This document shows, piece after piece, positions 1 through 8,876 of a DNA stretch of 46,275 bases. Below the pieces are notes generated by a model that saw nothing but the letters and a program-made list of their open reading frames with translations, was not told where the DNA came from and made no database searches. How positions within the stretch are numbered: the stretch's first letter is position 1; the number at the start of each line of letters is the position of its first letter. Both the position numbers and the translations under genes were made by a program. This stretch comes from a virus (Duplodnaviria > Caudoviricetes): positions 1 to 46,275 of the IMG/VR virus record IMGVR_UViG_3300010398_000005; one strand, written 5' to 3'.

Positions 1-123
1 CGTGCCGAGCCCGATGGCAGTCTCGGCCAGCGCCTGCAGCGGGTTGGTCTGCCAGGTCTTGATGTAGTCCTGGACGGGCTTGACCACCTCCTGTTGCCAG
101 AGCTGCTGCCCGGCCGCCCCCAC
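1..123. repeat. Terminal direct repeat (copy 1), circular assembly overlap
   Basis: 1-123 is identical to 46153-46275, and a minus-strand ORF reads in frame across the junction. Confidence 0.95.
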
Positions 124-519
124 GATCTGGAGCGGGCTCATCGGCGCCTGCTGCTTGGCCAGCACCGACTGCGGATGGGGCGGCTGCGCGCCCTGGAGAA
201 GCGGGGTGGTCGCCTGCAGGGCTCCGAGCTTCTGCTGGATGGCCTGCAGGGTGGGGTCCGAGACCTGGGGCATGACCGCCTGCGGCTGCTGCCCGAGCGC
301 GGTGTAGTACGGCTGCATGCCGACGTACGGCACGAGCTGCGGCAACGGCGCGGTGGCGGCCGGGGCCTGCCCGACGCCCTGCTGCTGGCCGAGGTTCTGG
401 AGCGTGAACTGCTGCTGGGACGGCCCGAAGCTCGGCGCCTGACCGGCGCCCGGGAACGACGCCGCGGACGGCTGCTGCGCCGCCGGCAAGAGCGTGTTCA
501 GCGGGTTGTTCACCGCCAT
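124..519 (-). CDS. N-terminal 132 aa of the large internal virion protein continuing at 46275..42013
   Basis: ATG at 519 (MAVNNPLNTLLPAAQQ...), no stop, 396 nt in frame with the 1420-aa ORF; full length about 1552 aa. Confidence 0.85.
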
Positions 520-520
520 G

Positions 521-637
521 TCAGCACCGTACCGAGAGCAGGATCACCAGCATCGAGATCGGACCCCACACGAGCACGTTCCAGCCGGCAGCCCGAAGCC
601 ACCAACCCCAGCCCGGCAGGCTCTCGTTGTATGCCAA
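521..637 (-). CDS. Small putative membrane protein (38 aa)
   Basis: TTG start, MAYNESLPGWGWWLRAAGWNVLVWGPISMLVILLSVRC; fills the gap between two genes exactly. Confidence 0.45.
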   Translation of the reverse strand: MAYNESLPGWGWWLRAAGWNVLVWGPISMLVILLSVRC

Positions 638-638
638 C

Positions 639-1004
639 CTACAGATCCTCGAAGATGTCGAACGGCACCTGGCCGGCGCCCAGCACCTGACGGAACTCGC
701 CGTTCACCGCGACCCGATTCCCGAACAGCGACTCGCGCCCCAGTCCCTGCATGTTGACGTGCTGAGCGAGGAGCTGCACGTGACGCAGGTCGGACGACTG
801 GTCGGGCTCGGGCTGCTGCTCAGCCTGCGGGAACCCGAGCTGCGGCCCGTCGCCACGAGGAGCGCCGGCCGGACCCTGAGCCTTGGCGGCCCCCCTGGGC
901 GCAGCCTGGCGCTGCTCGCGATCGACGCGCCGCTGGCCGGCGCCGCGGATCGGCCGCCCGGGGCCAGCCTTCGCGGAGTCCGCGCTGAACTGCGTGCCGG
1001 CCAT
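639..1004 (-). CDS. Hypothetical protein (121 aa)
   Basis: TGATG coupling with the portal gene. Confidence 0.7.
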   Translation of the reverse strand: MAGTQFSADSAKAGPGRPIRGAGQRRVDREQRQAAPRGAAKAQGPAGAPRGDGPQLGFPQAEQQPEPDQSSDLRHVQLLAQHVNMQGLGRESLFGNRVAVNGEFRQVLGAGQVPFDIFEDL

Positions 1005-2656
1005 CAGTGCCCGTTGGCGGCGCCGGTTCTGCGGGCCAGGTAGTTGCGGAGCTGCGGCCCGTTGGGCGCGGTCGGGCGCTGCGGCCGGGCCATGGTCGGC
1101 GGCGCCGCCTGAGCCGCGCCGGGAGCACCGGGCGCCCCGCCCTCGGCGCCCTCCTCACCCTGGCCCTGCTGCATCGCCTGCTGCGCCTGCGCCTGCGCCT
1201 TGGCCTGCGCGAGCTGGTAGGCCGCGATCCGCTCGCGCATGACGGTGCCCGAGACGCCGAGGTCCACGATGTGGTCGTTGGCGAAGATGTCGTCCCACAG
1301 GTGCCCGAGCCCGGCCATCGCGAGCTGCACCCGCTGCTCGGGCGGCAGGCCCAGGAACCCGCCGTACTCGGCCTCGGCCTCGACGTACATGGCGATCTGG
1401 TCGGCGCTGAAGCCGTTGAGCTTGGAGCCCGAGCGGAACAGCATGGTCTCGCCGGCGAACTTCAGCCGGGTGACCATCATCACGTACTCGGCCAGGCGCG
1501 AGTACGCCGCCTGCAGGAGAGCCTTGCGGGTCTCGCTGCGGGCCTCGGCCGCCTCCACCTGGTGGCGCACCGCCGCGCCGGTGACGTGCGAGGTCTGCGG
1601 CGCCGCGCCCTGCATCGAGATCGGCGAGACGCCGGTGGTCGCCTGGATGGAGTCCTCCAGGTAGCGCATCACACCGAGGATGATCTGCGGGTCGGCCGCG
1701 ATCTCCCAGCGGCCCACCGTGGCGCCGGGACCGAGCGGGTCCACGTGGCCCGGCGTGGGCTCGATCTCCTTGGTCTCGTCGGCGCTGTACCACCACGAGC
1801 CATCGACCTGCTTGCGGATGGCGTCTATCGCCAGCAACAGCCCCTCGTTGAACGTGCGCTGCAGCTTGGGAACCTCGCGGACGTCCGCCTGGGCAAACTT
1901 GCCAGAGGGGTCCCCGAAGATCCAGCGGAAGGGACAGAAGCCCAGGTCGTGATTCTCGTCCGCCAGTACGTGATCTTCGACCGCGGCGCGGAACGACTTC
2001 GAGGTCCAGTAGTAGAACACCCTCGGGTTGTGCATCGTTCCCATCTGCTCATCGGTGACGTCGTACATCTCGCGAGCCTGCTCACGAGTGACTTCGAGGG
2101 CGATGAGCATGTCGTCGCAGGCACCGAGGTCGAACTTCGAGATGAGCGGATAGCAGTGCCGCGGGTCGAACGTGAAGATGCGGACACCACGCTTCAGGTC
2201 CCCCATCGCGCCCCAACCGTTGAGCAGCCCCCAATCGACGCCGTACATGGCGTCACCGCGGAGCGACAGCCAGTGCGAGACGCGCGGATGCAGCGTCGCG
2301 ATGTTGGACTTCTTCAGCACGTGGTCGTTGTACTCGGTGAGCGCGTCGGCGGCCACGAACTTGGCCTGGTCCTTCTCCAGCACCAATGGCAGCAGCGAGA
2401 CCCGAGGCGGGTACGCGAACACCGCGGTGAAGTGATTGACCACGCGTCGGGTCTGGTTGACGACAATCTCCTCGGCGTCCTTCTGCGCGTCGCCACCACT
2501 GCCCGGGTCCTGCAGATTGGGGCGGTAGCTGCCGTCTCCCTCCTGGTGCGCCTCCTCGGAGTCGAACACCTTCTGCAGCTCGTCGTACGTGCGGTTGCGG
2601 CGGCGAAACTCGTCGCTGGCGACGCGCTCCTCGTACAGCTCGCGCAGCGACTTCAC
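1004..2656 (-). CDS. Portal protein
   Basis: 550 aa directly downstream of TerL, helical, Q/A/P-rich tail; CPF.. motif and layout resemble P22-like portals. Confidence 0.75.
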   Translation of the reverse strand: MKSLRELYEERVASDEFRRRNRTYDELQKVFDSEEAHQEGDGSYRPNLQDPGSGGDAQKDAEEIVVNQTRRVVNHFTAVFAYPPRVSLLPLVLEKDQAKFVAADALTEYNDHVLKKSNIATLHPRVSHWLSLRGDAMYGVDWGLLNGWGAMGDLKRGVRIFTFDPRHCYPLISKFDLGACDDMLIALEVTREQAREMYDVTDEQMGTMHNPRVFYYWTSKSFRAAVEDHVLADENHDLGFCPFRWIFGDPSGKFAQADVREVPKLQRTFNEGLLLAIDAIRKQVDGSWWYSADETKEIEPTPGHVDPLGPGATVGRWEIAADPQIILGVMRYLEDSIQATTGVSPISMQGAAPQTSHVTGAAVRHQVEAAEARSETRKALLQAAYSRLAEYVMMVTRLKFAGETMLFRSGSKLNGFSADQIAMYVEAEAEYGGFLGLPPEQRVQLAMAGLGHLWDDIFANDHIVDLGVSGTVMRERIAAYQLAQAKAQAQAQQAMQQGQGEEGAEGGAPGAPGAAQAAPPTMARPQRPTAPNGPQLRNYLARRTGAANGH

Positions 2657-4344
2657 CGGCCGTGCCTCCGCTTCCAGGCGTCAGCCGACCTCCGGCGCTG
2701 CGACGGCGAGCGCGTGGGGCTCCAGGCCGAGCCCGAGTTGGGCTGCAGGATGGCCGGCTTGGGCACGTCGATCCGCACGGGCTGAGTATGACGCTCCAGC
2801 TCCTCCTGCGCTATCCGACGCCGAATCGAGTTGCCCTGGCGGTGGCGCCGGTGGAAGCGCCAGCCGAACCAGATCGCCATCAGCGCGTGGGGGTGAGCGG
2901 TCGCGGAGTGCCGCTCGATCTCCCGCTCCAGGGGCGCGAACTCGACCTCGGCCCGGGGGGCGTCCGCCCAGGGGGTGCGCAGGTAGCCCTCGCGCAAGAA
3001 CTCCATCATGGCCGGGAGCCCGGCCCGCGGGTGCTCCTTGCCCTGGCTGGTGTGGCGGACGTAGGGCACGTTGCGGAGCACGTCGTCCTCGCGAGCCACG
3101 TCCAGGAACACCTTCTGCTGGCCGTTGGTCTCCAAGATGAAACGGCTGGACGGGAAGCGCAGGAAGATGTCCTTGACGAGCTGCATCTGGTCCCACACGT
3201 CGGTGTCGTCAATCGTGCAGCGCAACACCCAACCGTAGTCGCCCCACATCGCGAGCAGCACGATCGCCCAATCATTCTCGGTCGCGGGGTCCCAGCAGAT
3301 ATAGAACTGGAGGTCTTGCTGTATGCGCTCCTCGACGTACTTACGCCAAGTGGTCGGCGCCATGTACGGCGGCGTGTTGCGCATCGCCCAATCCAGAAAC
3401 CAGTGCGCGAACTCGCGCTCGTTCTCGATCCAGGGCATGGTCTCGTCGCGAACAGCGCGCAGGATCTCGTCCTTGCTCAGCTTGCGAGACCGCGGCATGG
3501 TCAGGTCGAACGCCGCGGCGGCTGCGCGCTTGGTCATCATCGCACGCTGAATCTCGACCTTCTCGCGCTGGCTGGGCATGAGCAGCGAGCCGTCCTGGTT
3601 CTGGTACGGGCGCAGGATGCGCGCCCAGGGGACAGGCAAACCCTCCAGTCGCTCGGTGATCTGGTTGTACACGGACTCCGAGTACATCGGCGTGCCGACC
3701 AGCACCCACAGAATCTCAGCGAGGTCGTCCTGGATAGTACGCACCAGACCGTCCAGCCGGCGCGAGAGCACGCGCCGCTCGGCCTCGGAGTCGGCGTGCT
3801 CCAGCGTCTCGACGTCATCGATGCTGGTATCACCGCCCTTACCCTGCAAGTCCTTGTCGCCGATGCCGTAGGCGCGGAAGCTGTGAATGGAACGATGCCG
3901 CTGGCGGCGGTCGATGCCCTCGACGTCGAAGCCGTCCTTGATGCCGTACGGCGTGTGTCGCGAGATGTCGATGCGCTCGCCCGGGGAGCGGCCGGACCAC
4001 TTGCACACGGGCATGGCCCAGGGGAACGCCGGGGCACCGCCGCGCTTCACCTCGGTGGCCAGGATCACCAGCCGCCGGCAGACCTCCATGGCCATCTCGT
4101 TGGCAGTGGTGTCGTTGGACTTGACCCCGATCTGGCGGCGGTTGCCGTTGCCACCCAGGCGCAGGCAGTGCAGCATCTCCATCATCATCGACTTCCCGTG
4201 GTAGGTCGGGATGCTGTACGCGAAGATGCCGCCGCACACGAAAGTGTACAGATCATCGAGCTGCCAGGCGAGCAGGTTGACGCCCCACACCTCACGCACC
4301 ACCGCGTCCACTTCGCCGCGCGTCCAGATGTACCTGTTATTCAT
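2653..4344 (-). CDS. terL: Terminase large subunit
   Basis: Walker A-like IPTYHGKS, Walker B-like SIDD, LVGTP, nuclease motifs WDPA and ETNG; ATG 4344 overlaps the upstream stop. Confidence 0.85.
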   Translation of the reverse strand: MNNRYIWTRGEVDAVVREVWGVNLLAWQLDDLYTFVCGGIFAYSIPTYHGKSMMMEMLHCLRLGGNGNRRQIGVKSNDTTANEMAMEVCRRLVILATEVKRGGAPAFPWAMPVCKWSGRSPGERIDISRHTPYGIKDGFDVEGIDRRQRHRSIHSFRAYGIGDKDLQGKGGDTSIDDVETLEHADSEAERRVLSRRLDGLVRTIQDDLAEILWVLVGTPMYSESVYNQITERLEGLPVPWARILRPYQNQDGSLLMPSQREKVEIQRAMMTKRAAAAAFDLTMPRSRKLSKDEILRAVRDETMPWIENEREFAHWFLDWAMRNTPPYMAPTTWRKYVEERIQQDLQFYICWDPATENDWAIVLLAMWGDYGWVLRCTIDDTDVWDQMQLVKDIFLRFPSSRFILETNGQQKVFLDVAREDDVLRNVPYVRHTSQGKEHPRAGLPAMMEFLREGYLRTPWADAPRAEVEFAPLEREIERHSATAHPHALMAIWFGWRFHRRHRQGNSIRRRIAQEELERHTQPVRIDVPKPAILQPNSGSAWSPTRSPSQRRRSADAWKRRHGR

Positions 4345-6679
4345 CGCCCCACTCGGTGCGACGAATGGTACGGAAACGCCAACCGCGGAAGGCGGTGGTC
4401 TTGATGTACTCGACCACGAAGCCGGAGTCCTTGAACATGGGGTTGCGCTCGCGCAGCCAGCGGGCCAGAGCGGGAGAACGATGGCTGGGCACGTTCTCGC
4501 ATCCGAGGTTGACCATGTGGCCGACGATGTCCGCCGCCAGCGACAGGAAGTAGTCGCCGGGGCTGGGCCGCTCATCGTCGTACTGCGAGCGGTAGTAATC
4601 GACCACGGCGCCGAGCCAGTAATCGGTCTCGTTCAAGACCTCGGAGCGCATCTGGTACAGCAGCGCAGCCATGTGCGGGCCGTCGTACCCGAGAGCGGCC
4701 AGTACGTAGCCGAGATCAGCGATGCGGATACTGGTGATAGCGGGGGTAGTGGCGCGCTGCTGAAGGAACTCCACCGCGGCGTCGAACACGAACCCGCGGA
4801 TGCGCTGGATGATCGGCGCGAACACCTCCTCGATCTTGCGCTCGGGGATGTACTCGCCGCGGTCTTCGAGATGCAGGGGCAGCAGCCGGGTCGCGAGGTC
4901 GCCCTTCTTCACGTCCCAATGGATCGTGGTCACAATCACGGCCCGCCGCATGTGCAGGGCCTCGACCTGGTCGGTATGAAGGATGCGCTGGTGGGCGCCG
5001 TACCCGGTGACGAGGCGGCTGAGCATGTCCTCGGCCTCGGGGCTGAACTTGGACACGTTGTCCACGATCACCCCGAGGTTCATCTTCAGCGTGTTCACGA
5101 GCTGGCGCTGGTCGAAGGTCATGCGGCTGTCAGAGGCCAAGTCCGTGTACGGCACGGACGGCTCCACGATGGCCATCAGCAAGCGGGCCAGGGTGGTCTT
5201 CCCGGACCCGGACTCGCCGCGCAGCACGAGGATCGGCGTTTGGAGGCCAAGCAAGGCGCATACAAGCCAGCCGAGCACCAATGCAGCCTGGTCGGCGGTG
5301 AGGCCGAAGCGGGCGCACAGGTTCTCCAGGTCCTGCATGGTGCCGGTCTCGTCAACGGACGGGTCGAAGTGCTGGTCGTCGTCCACCATGAGCAGGACGT
5401 CGGGTGGGTCGTACGTGGTATGGACTCCGTCCTCGGCGATGCGGTAGCAATGCCCGGTCGAGTACGGCCGCCAGTATACGGAGTCACCGTCCGGAGCTAC
5501 CCAGCGCCGGTACTCGACCTGGGTCCGCGAATCGACGGAGCGGTTGAGCAGACCCGAACGGAGGATCTTCACCGCCTGCTGCTTGGGGATCTGGCCGCCA
5601 GTATGGCGATACCACAGAGCCTCCAGGTGCTCGATCTTGAGGTCGTACAGCCGGCGAGAGCCGGGCATCAGGAAGCGACCGTCCGAGGTCACGACCGTGT
5701 CCCGGATGAGCTGTTCGAGGGTGGGTGCTCCCTGGGGGGTGAACGTGGAGCCGAAGACGTCGGCGAGATGACCGCCCAGGGCGGCGAAGTCGTCGGGACC
5801 AGCCTTGGCGGGGAGCCCGAGCGGGGTCAGGTCCACACGGCCGACCGTGACGCCGTGAGCCTCCAGGGCTCGCTGGAGCGGAGCGACCCAGCGCATGGTC
5901 TCGCGCCGGCGGTCGTTGTCGTGCCAGATCAGCACGCGAGAGGGGGAGAGCTGGGAGAGCCGATCGGCGAGGCGGTGGCCGTTCTGCAGCAGCGCCGCCG
6001 CGGAGCCGCAGGTCACGGCGACGATCAGCGAGTCGTTGTACAGCTCGGCGCGACCGTTGATGACGTCCACGGCCTTCTCGCCCTCGCATACAACGATGTT
6101 GAGGCCGGGCCAGAGGGTGGTATCGCCGTAGATCGGCCAGGTGACCGCGACGTCCTTCCAGGCGAAGTTGGCGCCCTGGGTGCGAAGATCCTTGCCGGTG
6201 TACTCGTTGGTCTCGGGGTCGTACCGGTTCCAGCGCAGGCGGTAGTGGCTGATCTGGCCGCCGGGATGGCGGTAGGTGTAGACCACATCCGGCTCGCCGA
6301 ACCTGTTATGATGGTGCGGCGACCTGATCTCCGTGCTGCGCCCGTCCCTTCCACGACGGGCGTTTTCTTTTGCCCCCGGGTCGAGGTTGAGGCCGTCCAG
6401 CTCGGTGCGCTGCATCTGGCGCAGTACCTCCACGACGTCGTCCAGGGGGTAGACCTGGCCGCAGCCGTGGCAGTAGTACCAGCCCTCGTCGGCGTAGTAG
6501 TCGGCGCTGGGCTCGGGGTCGTCGTGGAACAGGCAGGAGTGCCGGACCTTCTCACGGGTGCGACCGCTGTCGTCCCGCTTGCCCGGCTGCCGGCGCCCGC
6601 CCATCGACATGAGCGCCTGCCGGATTGCGTTGTGGAGGCGTCGGGCCTCCTTGGGGTCGAGGTCTTCTGAGATCGCCAT
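4337..6679 (-). CDS. DNA primase-helicase (CHC2 Zn finger + TOPRIM + P-loop NTPase)
   Basis: CLFHDD...CHGC, EGEKAVD, WHDND, GESGSGKTT; GGAGG upstream of ATG 6679. Confidence 0.9.
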   Translation of the reverse strand: MAISEDLDPKEARRLHNAIRQALMSMGGRRQPGKRDDSGRTREKVRHSCLFHDDPEPSADYYADEGWYYCHGCGQVYPLDDVVEVLRQMQRTELDGLNLDPGAKENARRGRDGRSTEIRSPHHHNRFGEPDVVYTYRHPGGQISHYRLRWNRYDPETNEYTGKDLRTQGANFAWKDVAVTWPIYGDTTLWPGLNIVVCEGEKAVDVINGRAELYNDSLIVAVTCGSAAALLQNGHRLADRLSQLSPSRVLIWHDNDRRRETMRWVAPLQRALEAHGVTVGRVDLTPLGLPAKAGPDDFAALGGHLADVFGSTFTPQGAPTLEQLIRDTVVTSDGRFLMPGSRRLYDLKIEHLEALWYRHTGGQIPKQQAVKILRSGLLNRSVDSRTQVEYRRWVAPDGDSVYWRPYSTGHCYRIAEDGVHTTYDPPDVLLMVDDDQHFDPSVDETGTMQDLENLCARFGLTADQAALVLGWLVCALLGLQTPILVLRGESGSGKTTLARLLMAIVEPSVPYTDLASDSRMTFDQRQLVNTLKMNLGVIVDNVSKFSPEAEDMLSRLVTGYGAHQRILHTDQVEALHMRRAVIVTTIHWDVKKGDLATRLLPLHLEDRGEYIPERKIEEVFAPIIQRIRGFVFDAAVEFLQQRATTPAITSIRIADLGYVLAALGYDGPHMAALLYQMRSEVLNETDYWLGAVVDYYRSQYDDERPSPGDYFLSLAADIVGHMVNLGCENVPSHRSPALARWLRERNPMFKDSGFVVEYIKTTAFRGWRFRTIRRTEWGDE

Positions 6680-6934
6680 GGGCCTCCGTGCTTCGATTCT
6701 CACCGCCGGGCTTCCACCCCCGGACCCGCGGTGGGGCGGGCGACGGAGAGCATAGCGCATGTCCGGGGGCCTCTGCAAGGGGTAGGTATGACGGGGCAGT
6801 ACGTAGGCTGGTCCTCGCGCGCGAGGGCGTGGGCGCGTATACACAGAGGTATTCTTTTCTATAGTGCGGGGGGAACCTGTGCGTGTGGGTGCGCATACGT
6901 AACCAGCGAAGCGAATAAGTAACAAGCCATGCTG

Positions 6935-7221
6935 ACATGCCCACATGCCATTTTCGTATTCCATACTGCGGTGTGCGGGATGCTTTCACATGTCCCACAT
7001 GCCATAGAATTGAGAAGGATCTTTAACATTACCCCCCCGAATGTCCAGGGCACGCTGTTTGCGGTCAGTCGGCAAGTCCGACTGGTCCTGTACAAACCAG
7101 TATCGCGTACAGCGCGCGTACTAGCACATACAAGCTGCACGACGCAATAGGCCATTCGTACTGCTGTATGTGGCATGTGCATGCCACTATGTGGCATGTG
7201 AACTGCTGTATGTGGCATGTG
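6935..7221. repeat. Iteron-like repeats in an AT-richer intergenic region (candidate replication origin or packaging site)
   Basis: TATGTGGCATGTG at 7167, 7188 and 7209 (21-bp period); inverted core CACATGCCA at 6942 and 6996. Confidence 0.65.
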
Positions 7222-7299
7222 ACCTAGCCTCATACAAGCCTCGACTCTCGCGCGTCGTACAGTGCGACGAACCAAAATCGGTCTTGACCAAAAAAGTTG

Positions 7300-7328
7300 T
7301 TGACAAGCGTTTGCTGCCCGGTCATACT
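7300..7328 (+). promoter_or_regulatory. Sigma70-type early promoter
   Basis: TTGACA-17 bp-CATACT; overlapped by operator-like TGTTGACAAGCGTTTGCT (7298-7315). Confidence 0.8.
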
Positions 7329-7334
7329 CGTCTC

Positions 7335-7576
7335 ATCGGCCGGACGGAACCGGCCGGGACGGAGGGTCAGGACTCCTCCGGGACCGGAAGTCAATACCGA
7401 CAGTGCATACGGGTGAGTCGAGTAGGATTCAGTTCCTGGCGCGGGTTCCAACCCCACGTCCCGACGCTACCTCCCTGATGGCCGCACAGTCCGCCCGGTG
7501 GCCGGCGCCGCGGTACAGACAAGAGATGATTGCCCCAGCACGATAGAACCTCCCTGTTCCCCGCGGTTCTAGCTGT
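7335..7576 (+). ncRNA. Structured leader / putative ribozyme-released ncRNA with two anti-SD segments
   Basis: Lies between the promoter and the first twister site; hairpins at 7337-7356, 7360-7380 and 7544-7571; TACCTCCCTG (7468) and GATAGAACCTCCCTGT (7542). Confidence 0.5.
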
Positions 7577-7630
7577 AAGGCGCCTGCAAGTGCAGCCAGT
7601 TGCAAGCCTGGATACAAGCCCGAGCACAGC
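7572..7630 (+). ncRNA. Twister ribozyme, P1 type (predicted cleavage 7576|7577)
   Basis: P1 GCTG/CAGC, U|AA, imperfect P2 GGC/GCC, P3 TGCA/TGCA, P4 CCAG/CTGG with loop TTGCAAGC, T1 TGC with GAGCA. Confidence 0.65.
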
Positions 7631-7650
7631 ACTTACAGGGAGGTACGGCA

Positions 7651-7932
7651 ATGCTCAGTCTGTACAAACTCGCCGATGGCACGTTCAACACGAGCGCGGA
7701 CGGTTCCGGTTCGACATGGGCCGACGTCGAATACAGCGACCCGCAATACTCCGAGATCGAGTACGGCGATGACCTGTGCTGCGAGTGCGACGAACCGATC
7801 GAACTCAGCGGCAAGCACTTCCTGAACATGGACGGCGGTAACGAGTTCGCCCATGTCGAGTGCGTCATGGTCCACGGCACGTCGTACAGCGCAGGTCGCT
7901 TCGGCGTCGCGTGCGGTTGGTCGCTCGCTTGA
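7651..7932 (+). CDS. Small Zn-binding protein (93 aa)
   Basis: GGAGG RBS; CxxC...HxxC; acidic. Confidence 0.75.
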   Translation: MLSLYKLADGTFNTSADGSGSTWADVEYSDPQYSEIEYGDDLCCECDEPIELSGKHFLNMDGGNEFAHVECVMVHGTSYSAGRFGVACGWSLA

Positions 7933-7933
7933 A

Positions 7934-7993
7934 CGCGGAGGACAGCGGTTCGTACAACCGCTGTAACGCGGCAGCACGGTTCCAAGCCCGTGC
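7934..7993 (+). ncRNA. Twister ribozyme, permuted P5 type (cleavage 7964|7965)
   Basis: CGCG-GAGGA-[CAGCGGTT..AACCGCTG]-T|AA-CGCG-GC-A-GCACGG-TTCCAAGC-CCGTGC. Confidence 0.85.
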
Positions 7994-8018
7994 AATCTGG
8001 CCGCAGTGAGGTTCTACG

Positions 8019-8444
8019 ATGGCGACACTGGCAAGCATCGTGCACGCTGGCAAGGGTGTGGCTGGTCCCTGGGCTATTGTGCCCGGTGAAGACCCGGCCC
8101 GACCTGGTACGGATGTGCTGGCGTTGCGCCACTACAGCACGATCATGCTGGCGTGGGTCCCGGCCGAGGACAACCGAATCATCTACCTGTCCACCGGTCA
8201 CGGCAGCGTCAGCGACCAGAACGGCGTCAACAAGGCCCTGCGCGTGTTGGGCGGCTGGTACAACCCGTCCAATGGCTGGAATGGCCCTGTGCCCGGCACC
8301 CCGGGTCCAGCAATGTACTTCAGCCGGGCGGGCGGCTCGACATACCACGTGTTGGACGAGCGGTACAGCCTCGTTCCCATCCGCGGCGGCCTCAGCTCAG
8401 CATACGAGCTGTTGCGCCGCGAGCGAGACAGCGCGGAGGACTGA
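8019..8444 (+). CDS. Hypothetical early protein (141 aa)
   Basis: GAGGTTCTAC RBS, flanked by ribozymes. Confidence 0.8.
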   Translation: MATLASIVHAGKGVAGPWAIVPGEDPARPGTDVLALRHYSTIMLAWVPAEDNRIIYLSTGHGSVSDQNGVNKALRVLGGWYNPSNGWNGPVPGTPGPAMYFSRAGGSTYHVLDERYSLVPIRGGLSSAYELLRRERDSAED

Positions 8445-8488
8445 GGCTCACGCCTCAGTAACGCGGCAGCCCGGTTCCAAGCCCGGGC
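8432..8488 (+). ncRNA. Twister ribozyme, permuted P5 type (cleavage 8459|8460)
   Basis: CGCG-GAGGA-[CTGAGGC..GCCTCAG]-T|AA-CGCG-GC-A-GCCCGG-TTCCAAGC-CCGGGC; overlaps the upstream stop codon. Confidence 0.85.
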
Positions 8489-8514
8489 AATCGAGCCACG
8501 TTGGAGGTTCCCCA

Positions 8515-8787
8515 ATGGACGACGTCACGCGAGAGCGCGCACTGGACGCCATGGTCATGCGCAGACTGCGCACCGACCGCCGGTACCTGAACGCCGAGAA
8601 CGCGGACGAGCAGGCCGAGGCCGAAGAGGTCATTACGGCCGAGTGCGAAGCCGAACTCGACGCGGCCGAATCGAGACGGCGAGCCCTCGGTCGGCTGATC
8701 GAAGCTCGCGCGATGCTGCGGCGATGCCGCAAGGGCGATCTCGTCGCGTTCCAGTCCGCCTGGGCGGCTGTGGACGCTGCATCCTGA
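8515..8787 (+). CDS. Hypothetical helical protein (90 aa)
   Basis: GGAGGTTC RBS, ATG 8515 (MDDVTRERAL...). Confidence 0.75.
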   Translation: MDDVTRERALDAMVMRRLRTDRRYLNAENADEQAEAEEVITAECEAELDAAESRRRALGRLIEARAMLRRCRKGDLVAFQSAWAAVDAAS

Positions 8788-8788
8788 G

Positions 8789-8849
8789 CGCGGAGAGCGG
8801 CTGGCCCGACGGCCAGTCGTAACGCGGCAGCACGGTCTCAAGCCCGTGC
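8789..8849 (+). ncRNA. Twister ribozyme, permuted P5 type (cleavage 8820|8821)
   Basis: CGCG-GAGAG-[CGGCTGGCC..GGCCAGTCG]-T|AA-CGCG-GC-A-GCACGG-TCTCAAGC-CCGTGC; T1 covaries (GAG/CTC). Confidence 0.85.
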
Positions 8850-8876
8850 AAATCAAGCCACGTTGGAGGTTCTGTC

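Noticed and set aside
1-123. Biological terminal repeat of the virion DNA
   Set aside because: Falls in the middle of a CDS, so it is most likely an assembler overlap
4211-6670. Long opposite-strand ORFs (also 1007-2785, 34726-37332, 40286-42037, 8853-9968)
   Set aside because: Antisense shadows of real genes, expected in high-GC DNA; no motifs
6680-6964. N-terminal extensions in the ORF track (primase from 6964, TerL from 4575, nozzle from 30823, ORF from 40278)
   Set aside because: They overlap upstream genes or non-coding DNA; downstream starts have an RBS or stop-start coupling
7160-7221. CRISPR array
   Set aside because: Only three 13-bp units with 8-bp gaps; no spacer-sized unique sequences or cas operon
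7230-7457. 75-aa minus-strand ORF across the promoter
   Set aside because: Poor codon bias, long SD spacing, and it overlaps a strong plus-strand promoter
7379-7463. Functional tRNA gene
   Set aside because: No canonical anticodon arm, D-loop GG or CCA; kept only as a weak tRNA-like finding
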